Source: Gemmatimonadales bacterium
GTDB lineage: Bacteria; Gemmatimonadota; Gemmatimonadetes; Gemmatimonadales; Gemmatimonadaceae
Direction: 5' to 3'
Length of the DNA: 64,000 bases
NCBI GenBank assembly: GCA_044449085.1
Contig: JBIOHR010000001.1
Location: 1,134 to 65,133, forward strand
Program-made: the position numbers and the translations under genes
The notes under the pieces: generated by a model
What the model was told of the DNA's origin: nothing
Seen by the model: the letters and a program-made list of their open reading frames with translations, nothing else
Databases searched by the model: none
In this document: positions 27,724 through 36,573 of the stretch, piece after piece
Layout: each line of letters opens with the position of its first letter
How positions within the stretch are numbered: position 1 is the stretch's first letter

Positions 27724-28583
27724 ACACGCGGAGGTTCGCCTCCAGCCTCCACCGTCTTGAGCAACTCCGCGCACCGCTTGCCCCATGGATTGAATTTGTT
27801 CGCCGAGAATCCGCGCTTCCACGCGTTCACCGCCTCATCCCGCTGGTCGTTGAACCAGTACGCCCGCCCCATCTCGAAGTAGGCCTCGATCAGGTTGGGC
27901 CCGAGCACGAGCGTCTTCTGGAAAAAGTTCTCTGCGTCCTCGTACATCTCGCGCTCGAGGTACACGAGGCCGAGGTAGAAATGTGCGTACAGCACCGCTT
28001 TCTTGTCGTTGTCGAGGCGAATGGCCTTGGAAAGGTGCTCGATCGCCTCGCCGAAAATCTTCTTCTTGAGGCAGATATACCCGACGTTGATGCGCGCGAG
28101 CGCGTTCGACGGCTCCCGCATCAGCACCTTGCCGAACGTGCCAAGCGCCTCGTCGTATTTCTCGTTGAGCATCTGCGCCCAGCCGAGCAGTGCCTCGCTC
28201 TGAGGGTCGCCGGGCGAGAGCTCGATCGCCTTGTTGAGGGCGGCCTCCGCTCCGTCGTAGTCCCCGAGCGACAGGCGGCTCCACCCCTTCTCGATGAACG
28301 TCGACGCGCCGATATGGTCTGCATGCACGACGGGCTTGTCCGCCGAAAATTGCGGGGCGAGCGAGGGCGCCGCGGCGGCCTGCTGCGCCTTCCACTTTTC
28401 CACAAGCAAGCGGATCTCTTCCTTGAGCGCCGCAAGGTCCGCCGTGGCCTGCTCGACGGTCTTGAACAGGCCGATGATCTCGACTTTTACGTTCGCGCGG
28501 TCGGCTTCGCCGAGGCCGGCGTCGAGCCGCCGGTTGATATCCGCGTATCGCGCGCGGAACTCGGCCAGCGTTTCATCAGGCAT
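27720..28583 (-). CDS. coiled-coil + TPR repeat protein
   Basis: 287 aa. N-terminal coiled coil (LAALKEEIRLLVEKWKAQQ), then about 5 TPR units (e.g. GDYDGAEAALNKAIELSPGDPQS, KYDEALGTFGKVLMREPSN). Overlaps the cheW stop by 8 nt. Confidence 0.85.
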   Translation of the reverse strand: MPDETLAEFRARYADINRRLDAGLGEADRANVKVEIIGLFKTVEQATADLAALKEEIRLLVEKWKAQQAAAAPSLAPQFSADKPVVHADHIGASTFIEKGWSRLSLGDYDGAEAALNKAIELSPGDPQSEALLGWAQMLNEKYDEALGTFGKVLMREPSNALARINVGYICLKKKIFGEAIEHLSKAIRLDNDKKAVLYAHFYLGLVYLEREMYEDAENFFQKTLVLGPNLIEAYFEMGRAYWFNDQRDEAVNAWKRGFSANKFNPWGKRCAELLKTVEAGGEPPRV

Positions 28584-29103
28584 CCGTCTTGGCCCCCGCC
28601 ACGGCTTGTTCGAGTACGATGCGTTCGCGCGCGGTGAGCAGCTGCGCGACGTCCAGGACGACGATCACGGGATCCTCCTCTGTCTTCGCGCGCACGAGGG
28701 CGCGCACGTACGGCTTTGCCAGGCCCTTGAACACCGGCGGCGGCGCCGAGAGGCGCGCCGAGGCGATCGTGACGACTTCGTCCACGCCGTCCACGATCGC
28801 GCCGATCCAGTCCTCACCGGCGACGACCACCAGGATGCGCGCACCGTCGCGGCGCGGCACCGGCGGGAGCTCGAAGCGCGCGCGCAAGTCGATCACCGGC
28901 ACCACGCGCCCGCCGTAGTCGATGACGCCCTCGAGCCACGCCGGCACGTTGGGAATCGGGCGCGGCGCCGCGTACCGCAGCACCCGCTCGACGGAAAAGA
29001 TGTCGGCGGCAAACAGGTCGTCGCCCACGCGGAAGGTGACGAGCTGCGTGCGGTCCGCGGGGGCCGCGTCGAGCGCGGGCCGTGGTCCCGAAGTTCTGGT
29101 CAT
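28576..29103 (-). CDS. cheW: chemotaxis coupling protein CheW
   Basis: The ATG at 29103 overlaps the upstream stop (ATGA). LVTFRVGDDLFAADIFSVERVLRY..PIPNVPAWLEGVIDYGGRVVPVIDLRARF is the CheW-domain core. 175 aa. Confidence 0.9.
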   Translation of the reverse strand: MTRTSGPRPALDAAPADRTQLVTFRVGDDLFAADIFSVERVLRYAAPRPIPNVPAWLEGVIDYGGRVVPVIDLRARFELPPVPRRDGARILVVVAGEDWIGAIVDGVDEVVTIASARLSAPPPVFKGLAKPYVRALVRAKTEEDPVIVVLDVAQLLTARERIVLEQAVAGAKTDA

Positions 29104-29567
29104 GACGCCATCCCGTCGACGAGAGTTCCGCTCCGCGACACCATCGCCGCGAGCGCATCCACGCGCACCACGTTCACCAGCGGGGTCCCCGCGCGGCCCA
29201 CGCGCCGCCGCGCACGAAACCAAATTCCGCTGAGCACACCGTCGGCATCCGCGCCCGGCGGCGTGGCGCGCACCTGGAGCGGTTCGATGCGGACCATCTC
29301 GGTCACGTCGTCGACCACCAGCGCGAAGCGGCGTTCACCGTCGCGCACGAGGAGTGCGGCACCGGCCGCGGCCGGTGCCGCGAAGCGGAACAGCCAGCCC
29401 GCATCCCACGCGCCAACCATGCGGCCGCGGTACGCCAGTTGGCCGAGCATGCCTTTCGGAACACCGGGCACCCACTCGATGACCGGAGCGTCGACGGCTT
29501 CCTCGACCTCGGAGGCCGGAAACGCGAAGTGCTCGCCGCCCACGCGCGCAATGATGTGCAGGCTCAT
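29100..29567 (-). CDS. cheW: CheW-like coupling protein (divergent)
   Basis: The ATG at 29567 overlaps the cheB stop (ATGA). MSLHIIARVGGEHFAFPASEVEEAVD...VPKGMLGQLAYRGRMVGAWDAG...ALVVDDVTEMVRI follows the CheW fold pattern. 155 aa. Confidence 0.8.
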   Translation of the reverse strand: MSLHIIARVGGEHFAFPASEVEEAVDAPVIEWVPGVPKGMLGQLAYRGRMVGAWDAGWLFRFAAPAAAGAALLVRDGERRFALVVDDVTEMVRIEPLQVRATPPGADADGVLSGIWFRARRRVGRAGTPLVNVVRVDALAAMVSRSGTLVDGMAS

Positions 29568-30685
29568 CGCGCGCTCCCCACCGCGCGACGCGCGCTCATG
29601 AGCGCCAGCACGGACGCCGCGACGCCGCCGAGCGGCGCGACGACGTCCGCGCCGGCGTGCACGAGCGCGGAGTGCGGCATGCCATAAATCGTCGCGGTTG
29701 CTCGGTCCTGCACGACGGCACCCCCGCCCGCGGCACGCACCGCCGCGAGGCCGGCGCTGCCGTCGCGTCCCATGCCGGTGAGGACCACGCCGGTGCACGC
29801 CGCACCGAAGTGTCTCGCGACGGACGCGAACAGCGGGTCGGCCGCGGGGCGTACGCCCCATACCGGCGCGGATTCGTCCAGCGCGATGCGGGCCTGCGCG
29901 CCGTCCGACGACACGGTCATGTGCTGGCCCCCCGGCGCGATGTAGACATGGTTCGCCAGCACGGCTTCCCCGTGCACCGCCTCGGACACCTCGAGCGACG
30001 ACATCCCATCGAGGCGCCGGGCGAGGCCGGCCGTGAAGCCGCGCGGCATGTGCTGCGCGACGAGCACCGCCGCCTCGAGTTCGCGCGTGAGCGCGGGCAC
30101 CACCTCAACGAGCGCACGGGGTCCGCCGGTGGACGCGGCAATCGCAACCGCGGCGCGCGCGCCGCGCGCCGAAATGCGCTCCCGGCCGGGCCCCGGCGAC
30201 AGGCGCGCCAGCATCGGCACGCCACGCAGATTGACGACGGCCGCGGCGCGGAGCGCCTCGTGCAGGCGTTCCGACATCGCCGGCATCGCCTCGCTAAACG
30301 CACCCGCTGGCTTGCGGACGAAATCGACCGCACCCAGCTCGAGCGCGCGGAGGGTGAGGTCGACCGCTCCACGGGCCTCGATGCCGCTCAGCATCACGAC
30401 GGCGCGCGGCGCCTCGCTCATGATGTACCCGAGTGCCGCGATGCCGTCGACCACCGGCATTTCGATGTCGAGCGTCACAATGTCGGGATCGAGCGCATGG
30501 ACCTTGGCGAGCGCGTCCATGCCGTCGCGGGCCGTGCCGATCACCGCGAAGTCGTCGAACCGCGCGATGAGGTCGCACACGACCTGCCGCACCAATGTGC
30601 TGTCGTCCACGACGAGCACCGTGCGCCGCGTGCCGCGCCCGGGGCCGCCAGCGCCGTCCGGCAGGCCCGATTCCCTAGAGGTCAC
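29564..30685 (-). CDS. cheB: chemotaxis response regulator protein-glutamate methylesterase CheB
   Basis: 373 aa, GTG start. Receiver domain VLVVDDSTLVRQ...PDIVTLDIEMPVVDG, followed by a methylesterase domain (AIAASTGGPRAL, HMPRGFT, LTGMGRDG). Confidence 0.93.
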   Translation of the reverse strand: MTSRESGLPDGAGGPGRGTRRTVLVVDDSTLVRQVVCDLIARFDDFAVIGTARDGMDALAKVHALDPDIVTLDIEMPVVDGIAALGYIMSEAPRAVVMLSGIEARGAVDLTLRALELGAVDFVRKPAGAFSEAMPAMSERLHEALRAAAVVNLRGVPMLARLSPGPGRERISARGARAAVAIAASTGGPRALVEVVPALTRELEAAVLVAQHMPRGFTAGLARRLDGMSSLEVSEAVHGEAVLANHVYIAPGGQHMTVSSDGAQARIALDESAPVWGVRPAADPLFASVARHFGAACTGVVLTGMGRDGSAGLAAVRAAGGGAVVQDRATATIYGMPHSALVHAGADVVAPLGGVAASVLALMSARRAVGSAR

Positions 30686-31151
30686 GTTCGCCTCCGCGCA
30701 CCGAGCGCACCTTTACCTGCCCCGTGAAGACGTCGAACGACACCGTCCGCCCGCTCTCCCCGCCAACGTCCTCGGCCAGCACCGGCACGCGCGCTGCCGC
30801 GAGCGCCGTGCGCGCGGCGGCGACGTTCCGGGCGCCCACCGATCCGCCGAACGCAAGCAGCGGCCCGAAGAGCGCGGCGCCGCCCACGAGCGCACCGGTC
30901 CACGGGCCCGCCGCGCCGAGTTCGCGCATCTCCTCGAGGAGCAGCGGCACGGCGCTCGAGGCGTAGCGCGCACGGTTCTCCACGGCGCGTCCGAGCGCGG
31001 CGTCGGGGAGCAGCACGTGCGCGAGTCCGCCGACTTTGGCGACGCGATCGTGGATCGTGATCGCCACGCAGGAGCCGAGGCCGATCGTCACGATCCGCGA
31101 GTGCCCCTTGGCGACCGCATGGTGTGCGATGCGCACGCGCAGCTCCGTCAC
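30675..31151 (-). CDS. cheD: chemoreceptor glutamine deamidase CheD
   Basis: 158 aa. The GTG start overlaps the cheR stop (GTGA). IVTIGLGSCVAITIHD..KVGGLAHVLLP is the CheD Cys/His active-site block. Confidence 0.9.
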   Translation of the reverse strand: MTELRVRIAHHAVAKGHSRIVTIGLGSCVAITIHDRVAKVGGLAHVLLPDAALGRAVENRARYASSAVPLLLEEMRELGAAGPWTGALVGGAALFGPLLAFGGSVGARNVAAARTALAAARVPVLAEDVGGESGRTVSFDVFTGQVKVRSVRGGERDL

Positions 31152-31975
31152 GGGCGCCGAAAGATGCGCTGCCGCGAGTCCACCGCGTCGAACAGCTTGC
31201 GCGACGGTCCCAGCAGGGTCTCGACTTTCCCGAGCACCAGATAGCCGCCCGGCGCGAGTGCGTCATGGAAGCGCCGCATGAGCGCGTCCTGCGACTCGCG
31301 GTCGAAATAGATGATCACGTTCCGGCAGGTGATCAAGTGCATCGCGTGCGGTGGCGGTGCCTCGAGCAGGAGGTCGCGGCGCTCGAACCGGATCAGCGAC
31401 CGGATCTCCGCGCCCGCCCGCCATTTTCCGGCGCCCGCCGGGACGAACCAGCGCTCGCGCAGCGCCGGCGGCGTCTCGGTGAACGACTCCGCGCCATAGG
31501 TCCCCGCCTCGGCCGCAGAGAGGCTGTCCCGGTCGATGTCGCTCGCCGTCACATGCACCCGCGACGCCGCGCCCGGCGTGCCGGCGCCGCCGCCCGCGGA
31601 TTCCATCCAGAGCGCCGCGAGCGTGTACGCCTCCTCGCCGGAGGCGCAGCCGGCGACCCAGCAATTCAACCGCGGCGCGGCGAGCGCGCGAAGCGCGGGC
31701 AGCACGGCCGTCGCGACGGCATCCCACGCTTCCGCATTGCGGAAGAGTTTGGTCACGTTCACGGTGAGCGCCGCGATCAGCCACTCGTATTCAGCGGGAT
31801 CGCTGTCGAGGAGCCGGCTGTACGACGCATAGTCGGCCGCGCCGCGGGCGCGCATGCGCACCGCGATGCGGCGCCGCATGCAGGTGTCCTTGTAATTCGC
31901 GACGCCAAAGCCGCGGTCGCGCGAGATCTTCGACGTCAGCGCAACGAAAGCGTCGTCGCCGCCCGTGTCGCTCAC
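31148..31975 (-). CDS. cheR: chemotaxis protein methyltransferase CheR
   Basis: The GTG at 31975 overlaps the upstream stop (GTGA). MRRRIAVRMRA, TVNVTKLFRN, WVAGCASGEEAYTLA and ITCRNVIIYF motifs. 275 aa with no TPR extension. Confidence 0.92.
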   Translation of the reverse strand: MSDTGGDDAFVALTSKISRDRGFGVANYKDTCMRRRIAVRMRARGAADYASYSRLLDSDPAEYEWLIAALTVNVTKLFRNAEAWDAVATAVLPALRALAAPRLNCWVAGCASGEEAYTLAALWMESAGGGAGTPGAASRVHVTASDIDRDSLSAAEAGTYGAESFTETPPALRERWFVPAGAGKWRAGAEIRSLIRFERRDLLLEAPPPHAMHLITCRNVIIYFDRESQDALMRRFHDALAPGGYLVLGKVETLLGPSRKLFDAVDSRQRIFRRP

Positions 31976-33591
31976 GACGCCGCCCGGGCCGCCTCGATGT
32001 TCTTGCGGGCCGTCTGGTTCCCGGGATCGAGCTGCAGCGCGCGCTCCCAGCACCGCACGGCATCATCGCGCTCGTTGCGCTTGAGCCGAATGTTCCCGAG
32101 CTTGAGCCAGACGTCCGGCCCGAGCATGTCGTTGAACTTCACGGCGCGCTGGTATGCGTCGAAGGCCTCGTCGAACATGCCGACGCGGTATTGCGCGTCG
32201 CCGATGTTCTTGTGCAGCTGCGCGATGCCCGCATCTTCCGAGACGCCGCGCTCCGCGGCCGCAAGCGCGTCCTTGTCCCGTCCGGCCCGCTCGAGCACGA
32301 CCGAAAGATTGTTGTGCAGCACGGCCGCGTGCGGATACGCCGCGGTGCCCTCCTCGAGCAGGCCGATCGCCTGCTCGGACTTCCCGCCGAGCGCGTAACA
32401 CAGCGCCGCGTAGTGAAACCACGCCGGTGACGGTGCGCGCCCCGAGTACAGCGGCCGCGCCGCGACGAAACTCGCCTCCGCCGCCGGAAGGTCGCCGTCG
32501 CGCAGCGCGAGCACGCCGAGCGACGTGTGCACGCGCGCGTCGCTTTCGCCGCCGCGCTTGATCGCTTCGACCAGGGCCTCGCGCGCCTTGGCGGGCTCGC
32601 CCTTCCGCTCGAAGGCGAACGCGAGGTTGTGCAGCACCGCGGGCGCCACCGCGCGCTGGTGCGCCGTATGCTCGAAGTCCGCCACCGCCTCGTCCCAGCG
32701 CGCGAGGCGCAGGTGCACGAGGCCGAGGAAGAACCGGGCCTGCATGTCGGTGGCGCGCAGGTCCACCACGCGGCGAAACTCGCGCTCGGCTTCGTCGAGC
32801 ATGCCGGTCTTGTAGAACGCCATGCCAAGGTTGCGGTGCTCCTCGACGCGCGCGTCCGGCGCAATCACATCCGGCGCGCGCGACTTTCCCACGCGATGCA
32901 GGAACCCGGCGGTGGAAAGCCCGTACAGCGCCTTGCCGACCTGGAACTCCACGAGGCCCGAGTCCTCGATGATCGCGGTCACGTCCCGCCGGCCGTCGAT
33001 CAGCGGGAGCAGCACCTGCTGTTCGGCGGTGAGTTTCGCGCCGCTCTCCTCGAGACGCTTGATGTCAATGTCGAAGACGATGTCGAACGATGGAATCTTC
33101 TTCTCGATGAGGCTCCACTCGTCCACCCGGCGCGCGCCCTCCAGCAACAGCGACTCCGGGTTGATCATCACGAGGAAGTCCTGCTCCTCTGGGCGGATGT
33201 CGCCCTCGAAGTTGAACGTCCCCTGCGTCCACGTGAACAGGAAGTAGACGGCCTCCTCGATTTGCAGCCGGATCTGGCTGTGCAGGTCCTCGCGCGAGAT
33301 GATGCGGAGGCCGACGAGGATTTCGCCGAGGCGCTTGTCGCGCTGTTTCTCCTGCGCGTCGATCGCCTCCTGCAGCTGTGACGGAGTGATCGCGCCGCTC
33401 TTGAGCAGGATGTCACCGAGGCGGTCGCGCCGGTTGACGATCGCCGCGTAACAGATGCGCCCCTTGTCGAAGTAGATCGAGCCGAAGTTGTTCCGGTGCG
33501 TGACCGACAGGCAGCCGGTTTTCTTCCCCATCGCGAGGAGCTGGAGCACGTCGGGGAGGCTCGCCTCCTTGAGGCTTCCCTTGATTGCCAT
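31972..33591 (-). CDS. PATAN/DUF4388 domain protein with C-terminal TPR repeats
   Basis: 539 aa. The N-terminus MAIKGSLKEASLPDVLQLLAMGKKTGCLSVT...GSIYFDKGRICYA...AVYFLFTWTQGTFNFE is the DUF4388 (PatA N-terminal type) signature with a helical insertion. The C-terminal half holds about 8 TPR units. Confidence 0.85.
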   Translation of the reverse strand: MAIKGSLKEASLPDVLQLLAMGKKTGCLSVTHRNNFGSIYFDKGRICYAAIVNRRDRLGDILLKSGAITPSQLQEAIDAQEKQRDKRLGEILVGLRIISREDLHSQIRLQIEEAVYFLFTWTQGTFNFEGDIRPEEQDFLVMINPESLLLEGARRVDEWSLIEKKIPSFDIVFDIDIKRLEESGAKLTAEQQVLLPLIDGRRDVTAIIEDSGLVEFQVGKALYGLSTAGFLHRVGKSRAPDVIAPDARVEEHRNLGMAFYKTGMLDEAEREFRRVVDLRATDMQARFFLGLVHLRLARWDEAVADFEHTAHQRAVAPAVLHNLAFAFERKGEPAKAREALVEAIKRGGESDARVHTSLGVLALRDGDLPAAEASFVAARPLYSGRAPSPAWFHYAALCYALGGKSEQAIGLLEEGTAAYPHAAVLHNNLSVVLERAGRDKDALAAAERGVSEDAGIAQLHKNIGDAQYRVGMFDEAFDAYQRAVKFNDMLGPDVWLKLGNIRLKRNERDDAVRCWERALQLDPGNQTARKNIEAARAAS

Positions 33592-35501
33592 CAGCGGAAA
33601 TCCTCAATCACGCGCGCGCCGACCTCGGGCCAGTCCCACACGATCTTCTCGGCGTCCATGAATGCGGGGTCGCGCTCGTCGTGGCGGCGCGCCGCCACGG
33701 GCACGCCCGCGTACGGGGTCGCGACGCCGAGTTCACTGCGCACGAGGGCCGCGTCGAGCGCCGTGCCCGCCGCATGCGCCACGGCGCCGAGCCGGTTCAC
33801 GATCCCGATAATTTCGCGCACGCTTTGCACCGGCTGCTGGCCGAGCAGGGTGAGCAGGTGCGCATCGGGCTCGCGCCCCGAGGCCACGAGGAACCGGGCG
33901 AAGAGCTTCTCGCGGAGGGTGCGATCCGGCGCCTGGATCTGCACCACGAGGCCGCCTTCGAAGCGCGAGCGCAGGCGAACCTCGAGGTCGGGGATCGCCG
34001 CGGGCGGCTGATCGCTCGTGAGCACCACCTGCTTCCCCGCCCCGACGATCTCGTTGAACAGGAGGAACAGCTCCTCCTGCGTCCGCTCCTTGTCCGCGAC
34101 GAACTGCACGTCGTCGATCATCAGCGCATCCACCGACCGGTAGCGCGCGCGCCAGCGCTCGACCGTCCCGCCCTGAATCGAGGCGATCAGCTCGTCGATG
34201 AACTGCTGCGCGTGCACGCACGCCACCACGAGCCTCGACCCGGGGGCCTGCACGAGCGCGTTGCCGATCGCGTGCAGGAGGTGCGTTTTCCCGACGCCGC
34301 TCACGCCGTGGATCAGCAGCGGGTTGTACTTCGCGCCCGGCGCCGCGATCACCGCGTCTGCGGCGTGCACGGCGAGCTGGTTCGACGTGCCGATTTCGTA
34401 CGCCTCGCGCGTGAACGCCGCGCTCGGCCCGGATGGCGGCGTCTCGCCGGCGAGTGCACGCTCCACGAGGTCTTCCGCGGCCGCCATCCGTTCCGGATCG
34501 CGAAACACGGGGTCGCTGCCGAGGGCGAGATCCACCTCGACCGCCGCGCGCTCGAGGTCGCGCAGGTGTTCGACGGCGGCGGTGAAGGTCGCGAGCAAGC
34601 CTGCGACGTCCGGCGCCTTCCGCAGCGTGAGCGCGCGCTCGAGCACCGCCGTGCGGTACCCTTCCCCGTTCCAGTACGCGATCGCCTCGCGGAGGCGCGC
34701 CTGCCACGACTCCACCTGCTGCTGCACCACCGTCGACACTTCGGAGAGGAAGCTCTCGAACTCGCCAGTCGGGCGGTCTGCCGGCGTCGGCCGCGCCGGC
34801 GTGCGCCGCGCCACGGCCTCCGCGGCTTCCTCCTCGGCGCTCAGCGACTTGGCGGCGACGAGGCGGTTGAGCGCGCCCTGCAGCGCGCGGACGTTGTTGA
34901 AATTGAATCGCGCGAGCTCCTCGAGCACGCCGGTCTTGAACTCGAGATGCCGCTCCTCGCAGTTCGCGCGCAGGATCGCCACGCGTGTTTCGTAGTCCGG
35001 AGCCGTGACGTCGACGATCAGTCCGCCCGAAAGGCGGCTGATCAGCCGTTCGTCAACGTCCGGAATTTCCGTGGGCGGGCGGTCGCTGGTGAGCATGACC
35101 TGGCCGCCCGCGGCCTGCATGCGCTCGAACAGCCGGAGGAACTCGGCCTGCGTTTCGCGGCGGCCCGTGAGAAATTGCACGTCGTCGATCAGCAGCAGCC
35201 CCACCCGCTCGTAGCGGCGCGAGAACGCGTCCATCTGCCCCGCCGACACGGAGGCATGCAGCTGCTCGACGAACTCGTCGAGCGACAGGTACTCCACCTC
35301 GAGCTGCGGCTGGAGCGCGGCCGCGAGGTGCCCGACCGCGGAGAGCAGGTGCGTCTTGCCAAGGCCGGTGCCGCCGTAGACGAACAGCGGGTTGTACACC
35401 GCGCCGGGCGACTCCGCCACGGCGCGCGCGGCCGCGACCGCCAGGCGGTTGCCTGTGCCGACGACGAGACTGTCGAACCGGAGGCGCGGGTCGAGCTGCA
35501 C
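33591..35501 (-). CDS. tandem DnaA-type AAA+ ATPase (two DnaA domain-III modules; no domain I/II, no domain IV)
   Basis: 636 aa, GTG start 2 nt after the mglA stop. Module 1 (aa 1-217): LDPRLRFDSLVVGTGNRLAVAAARAVAESPGAVYNPLFVYGGTGLGKTHLL, LLLIDDVQFL, VMLTSDRPP, DERLISRLSGGLIVDV.APDYETRVAIL, NVRALQGALNRL. Module 2 (aa 363-590): FTREAYEIGTSNQLAVHAA..PGAKYNPLLIHGVSGVGKTHLL, ALMIDDVQFV, VVLTSDQPP, EVRLRSRFEGGLVVQI.APD, SVREIIGIVNRL. These are the DnaA Walker A, Walker B, sensor 1, box VII and sensor 2 blocks, each present twice. No helix-turn-helix DnaA-box-binding C-terminus. Confidence 0.85.
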   Translation of the reverse strand: MQLDPRLRFDSLVVGTGNRLAVAAARAVAESPGAVYNPLFVYGGTGLGKTHLLSAVGHLAAALQPQLEVEYLSLDEFVEQLHASVSAGQMDAFSRRYERVGLLLIDDVQFLTGRRETQAEFLRLFERMQAAGGQVMLTSDRPPTEIPDVDERLISRLSGGLIVDVTAPDYETRVAILRANCEERHLEFKTGVLEELARFNFNNVRALQGALNRLVAAKSLSAEEEAAEAVARRTPARPTPADRPTGEFESFLSEVSTVVQQQVESWQARLREAIAYWNGEGYRTAVLERALTLRKAPDVAGLLATFTAAVEHLRDLERAAVEVDLALGSDPVFRDPERMAAAEDLVERALAGETPPSGPSAAFTREAYEIGTSNQLAVHAADAVIAAPGAKYNPLLIHGVSGVGKTHLLHAIGNALVQAPGSRLVVACVHAQQFIDELIASIQGGTVERWRARYRSVDALMIDDVQFVADKERTQEELFLLFNEIVGAGKQVVLTSDQPPAAIPDLEVRLRSRFEGGLVVQIQAPDRTLREKLFARFLVASGREPDAHLLTLLGQQPVQSVREIIGIVNRLGAVAHAAGTALDAALVRSELGVATPYAGVPVAARRHDERDPAFMDAEKIVWDWPEVGARVIEDFR

Positions 35502-35503
35502 GC

Positions 35504-36103
35504 TCAGACACCCCCGCCCGCGCTCAGTTTGCGAAGCACCTGCTCGCTCACCGCGCGGAGCGTCTCGAACACGCCCGGCCCGTGCAGCGCGTCGGCCCCG
35601 AAGGACGGAACGCCCCGGAAGTTGAGCTGCTCCTCGAGTTCTGCCTCGGGGAGAATGAGGTCCGCAGGGAGGTCCCGCTTGTTGTACTGGATGACGAGCG
35701 GCACGGTGCGCGTGTCCACGCCGTACTCGGCGAGGTTCGCGTGCAGGTCTTGCATCGATTCGACGTTCTCGTCGAGTTGCCTGGCCTGGCTGTCTGCCAC
35801 GAACACCACCCCATCGGCCCCCTGCAGCACAAGGCGGCGCGTCGTCTGGTAATACACCTGGCCTGGCACCGTGTAGAGCTGGAAGCGCGTCGTGAAGCCC
35901 GAGATGATCCCGAGGTCGAGCGGAAGGAAATCAAAGAAGAGCGTGCGGTCGGTCTGCGTCGCGAGCGACACCATCTGGCCTTTTCGGTCGCCCGGAACCT
36001 GGCCGTAAATGTAATGGAGGTTCGTCGTCTTCCCCGACCGGCCGGGCCCGTAGTAGACGATCTTGCAGGTAATCTCACGCGCCGCGTAGTTGACGAGGGA
36101 CAT
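35504..36103 (-). CDS. mglA: Ras-like polarity GTPase MglA
   Basis: The track ORF is over-extended to 36628. The ATG at 36103 gives MSLVNYAAREITCKIVYYGPGRSGKTTNLHYIY...TDRTLFFDFLPL...FQLYTVPGQVYY...VVFVADSQ...VIQYNKRDL. This is near-colinear with Myxococcus MglA as I recall it (P-loop, switch-I Arg, PGQ switch II, NKRD). 199 aa. Confidence 0.92.
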   Translation of the reverse strand: MSLVNYAAREITCKIVYYGPGRSGKTTNLHYIYGQVPGDRKGQMVSLATQTDRTLFFDFLPLDLGIISGFTTRFQLYTVPGQVYYQTTRRLVLQGADGVVFVADSQARQLDENVESMQDLHANLAEYGVDTRTVPLVIQYNKRDLPADLILPEAELEEQLNFRGVPSFGADALHGPGVFETLRAVSEQVLRKLSAGGGV

Positions 36104-36573
36104 CAGGCGCGCCCGAACATCACGGCGAGGTTTCGGTTGAGTTCGCGCTCGAAGTCGTCTCCGAGCGCGGCGGACACCGGTGTGGTCGCGGGCACGATCG
36201 TCGCGACGTTCGCACAGAACTCGGCGAAGTACAGCTGCACGAGGCCGAGCGAACTCTCGTCGTCGAACACCGCGAGCAGGATCAGCGAACCGGCCGCCGT
36301 CGGCACCCGTCCGAGAAATATCTGCCGGATCTTGCCGGCGTAGTGGAGCCCGGCGAACGGCTTCCCGTTCACCTGGCGCCCGAGCTCCGCGGACGAGGCG
36401 GTGGTCGCCGCGGCCAGGGCGCACGCGGTCATCACGTCGACAGACCGCGCGAACCCGAATTGCCCCAGCACCTGGCCGCTCGGGTTGAGCAGCACCGCAA
36501 GCTGTACGCGCGCCTCGTCCACGAATTGCTTCAGCGGCGCCTCGACCCAGTTTTCCGCGACCGAAAGTTTCAT
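36103..36573 (-). CDS. mglB: Roadblock/LC7 protein, MglB-like GAP partner
   Basis: The ATG at 36573 overlaps the upstream stop (ATGA). 156 aa. LAVLLNPSGQVLGQFG...LILLAVFDDESSLGLVQLYFAEF matches the MglB block VVLVVIFDNRTSLGLVRLRIKK. It sits immediately upstream of mglA, as in the mglBA operon. Confidence 0.85.
   Translation of the reverse strand: MKLSVAENWVEAPLKQFVDEARVQLAVLLNPSGQVLGQFGFARSVDVMTACALAAATTASSAELGRQVNGKPFAGLHYAGKIRQIFLGRVPTAAGSLILLAVFDDESSLGLVQLYFAEFCANVATIVPATTPVSAALGDDFERELNRNLAVMFGRA

Noticed and set aside
33591-35501. Calling the DnaA-like gene the chromosomal replication initiator dnaA, with a nearby oriC.
   Set aside because: It has two AAA+ modules and lacks both the N-terminal domain and the C-terminal DnaA-box-binding HTH. 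It has no dnaN, recF or gyrB neighbours. It is translationally embedded between mglA and a PATAN-TPR gene.
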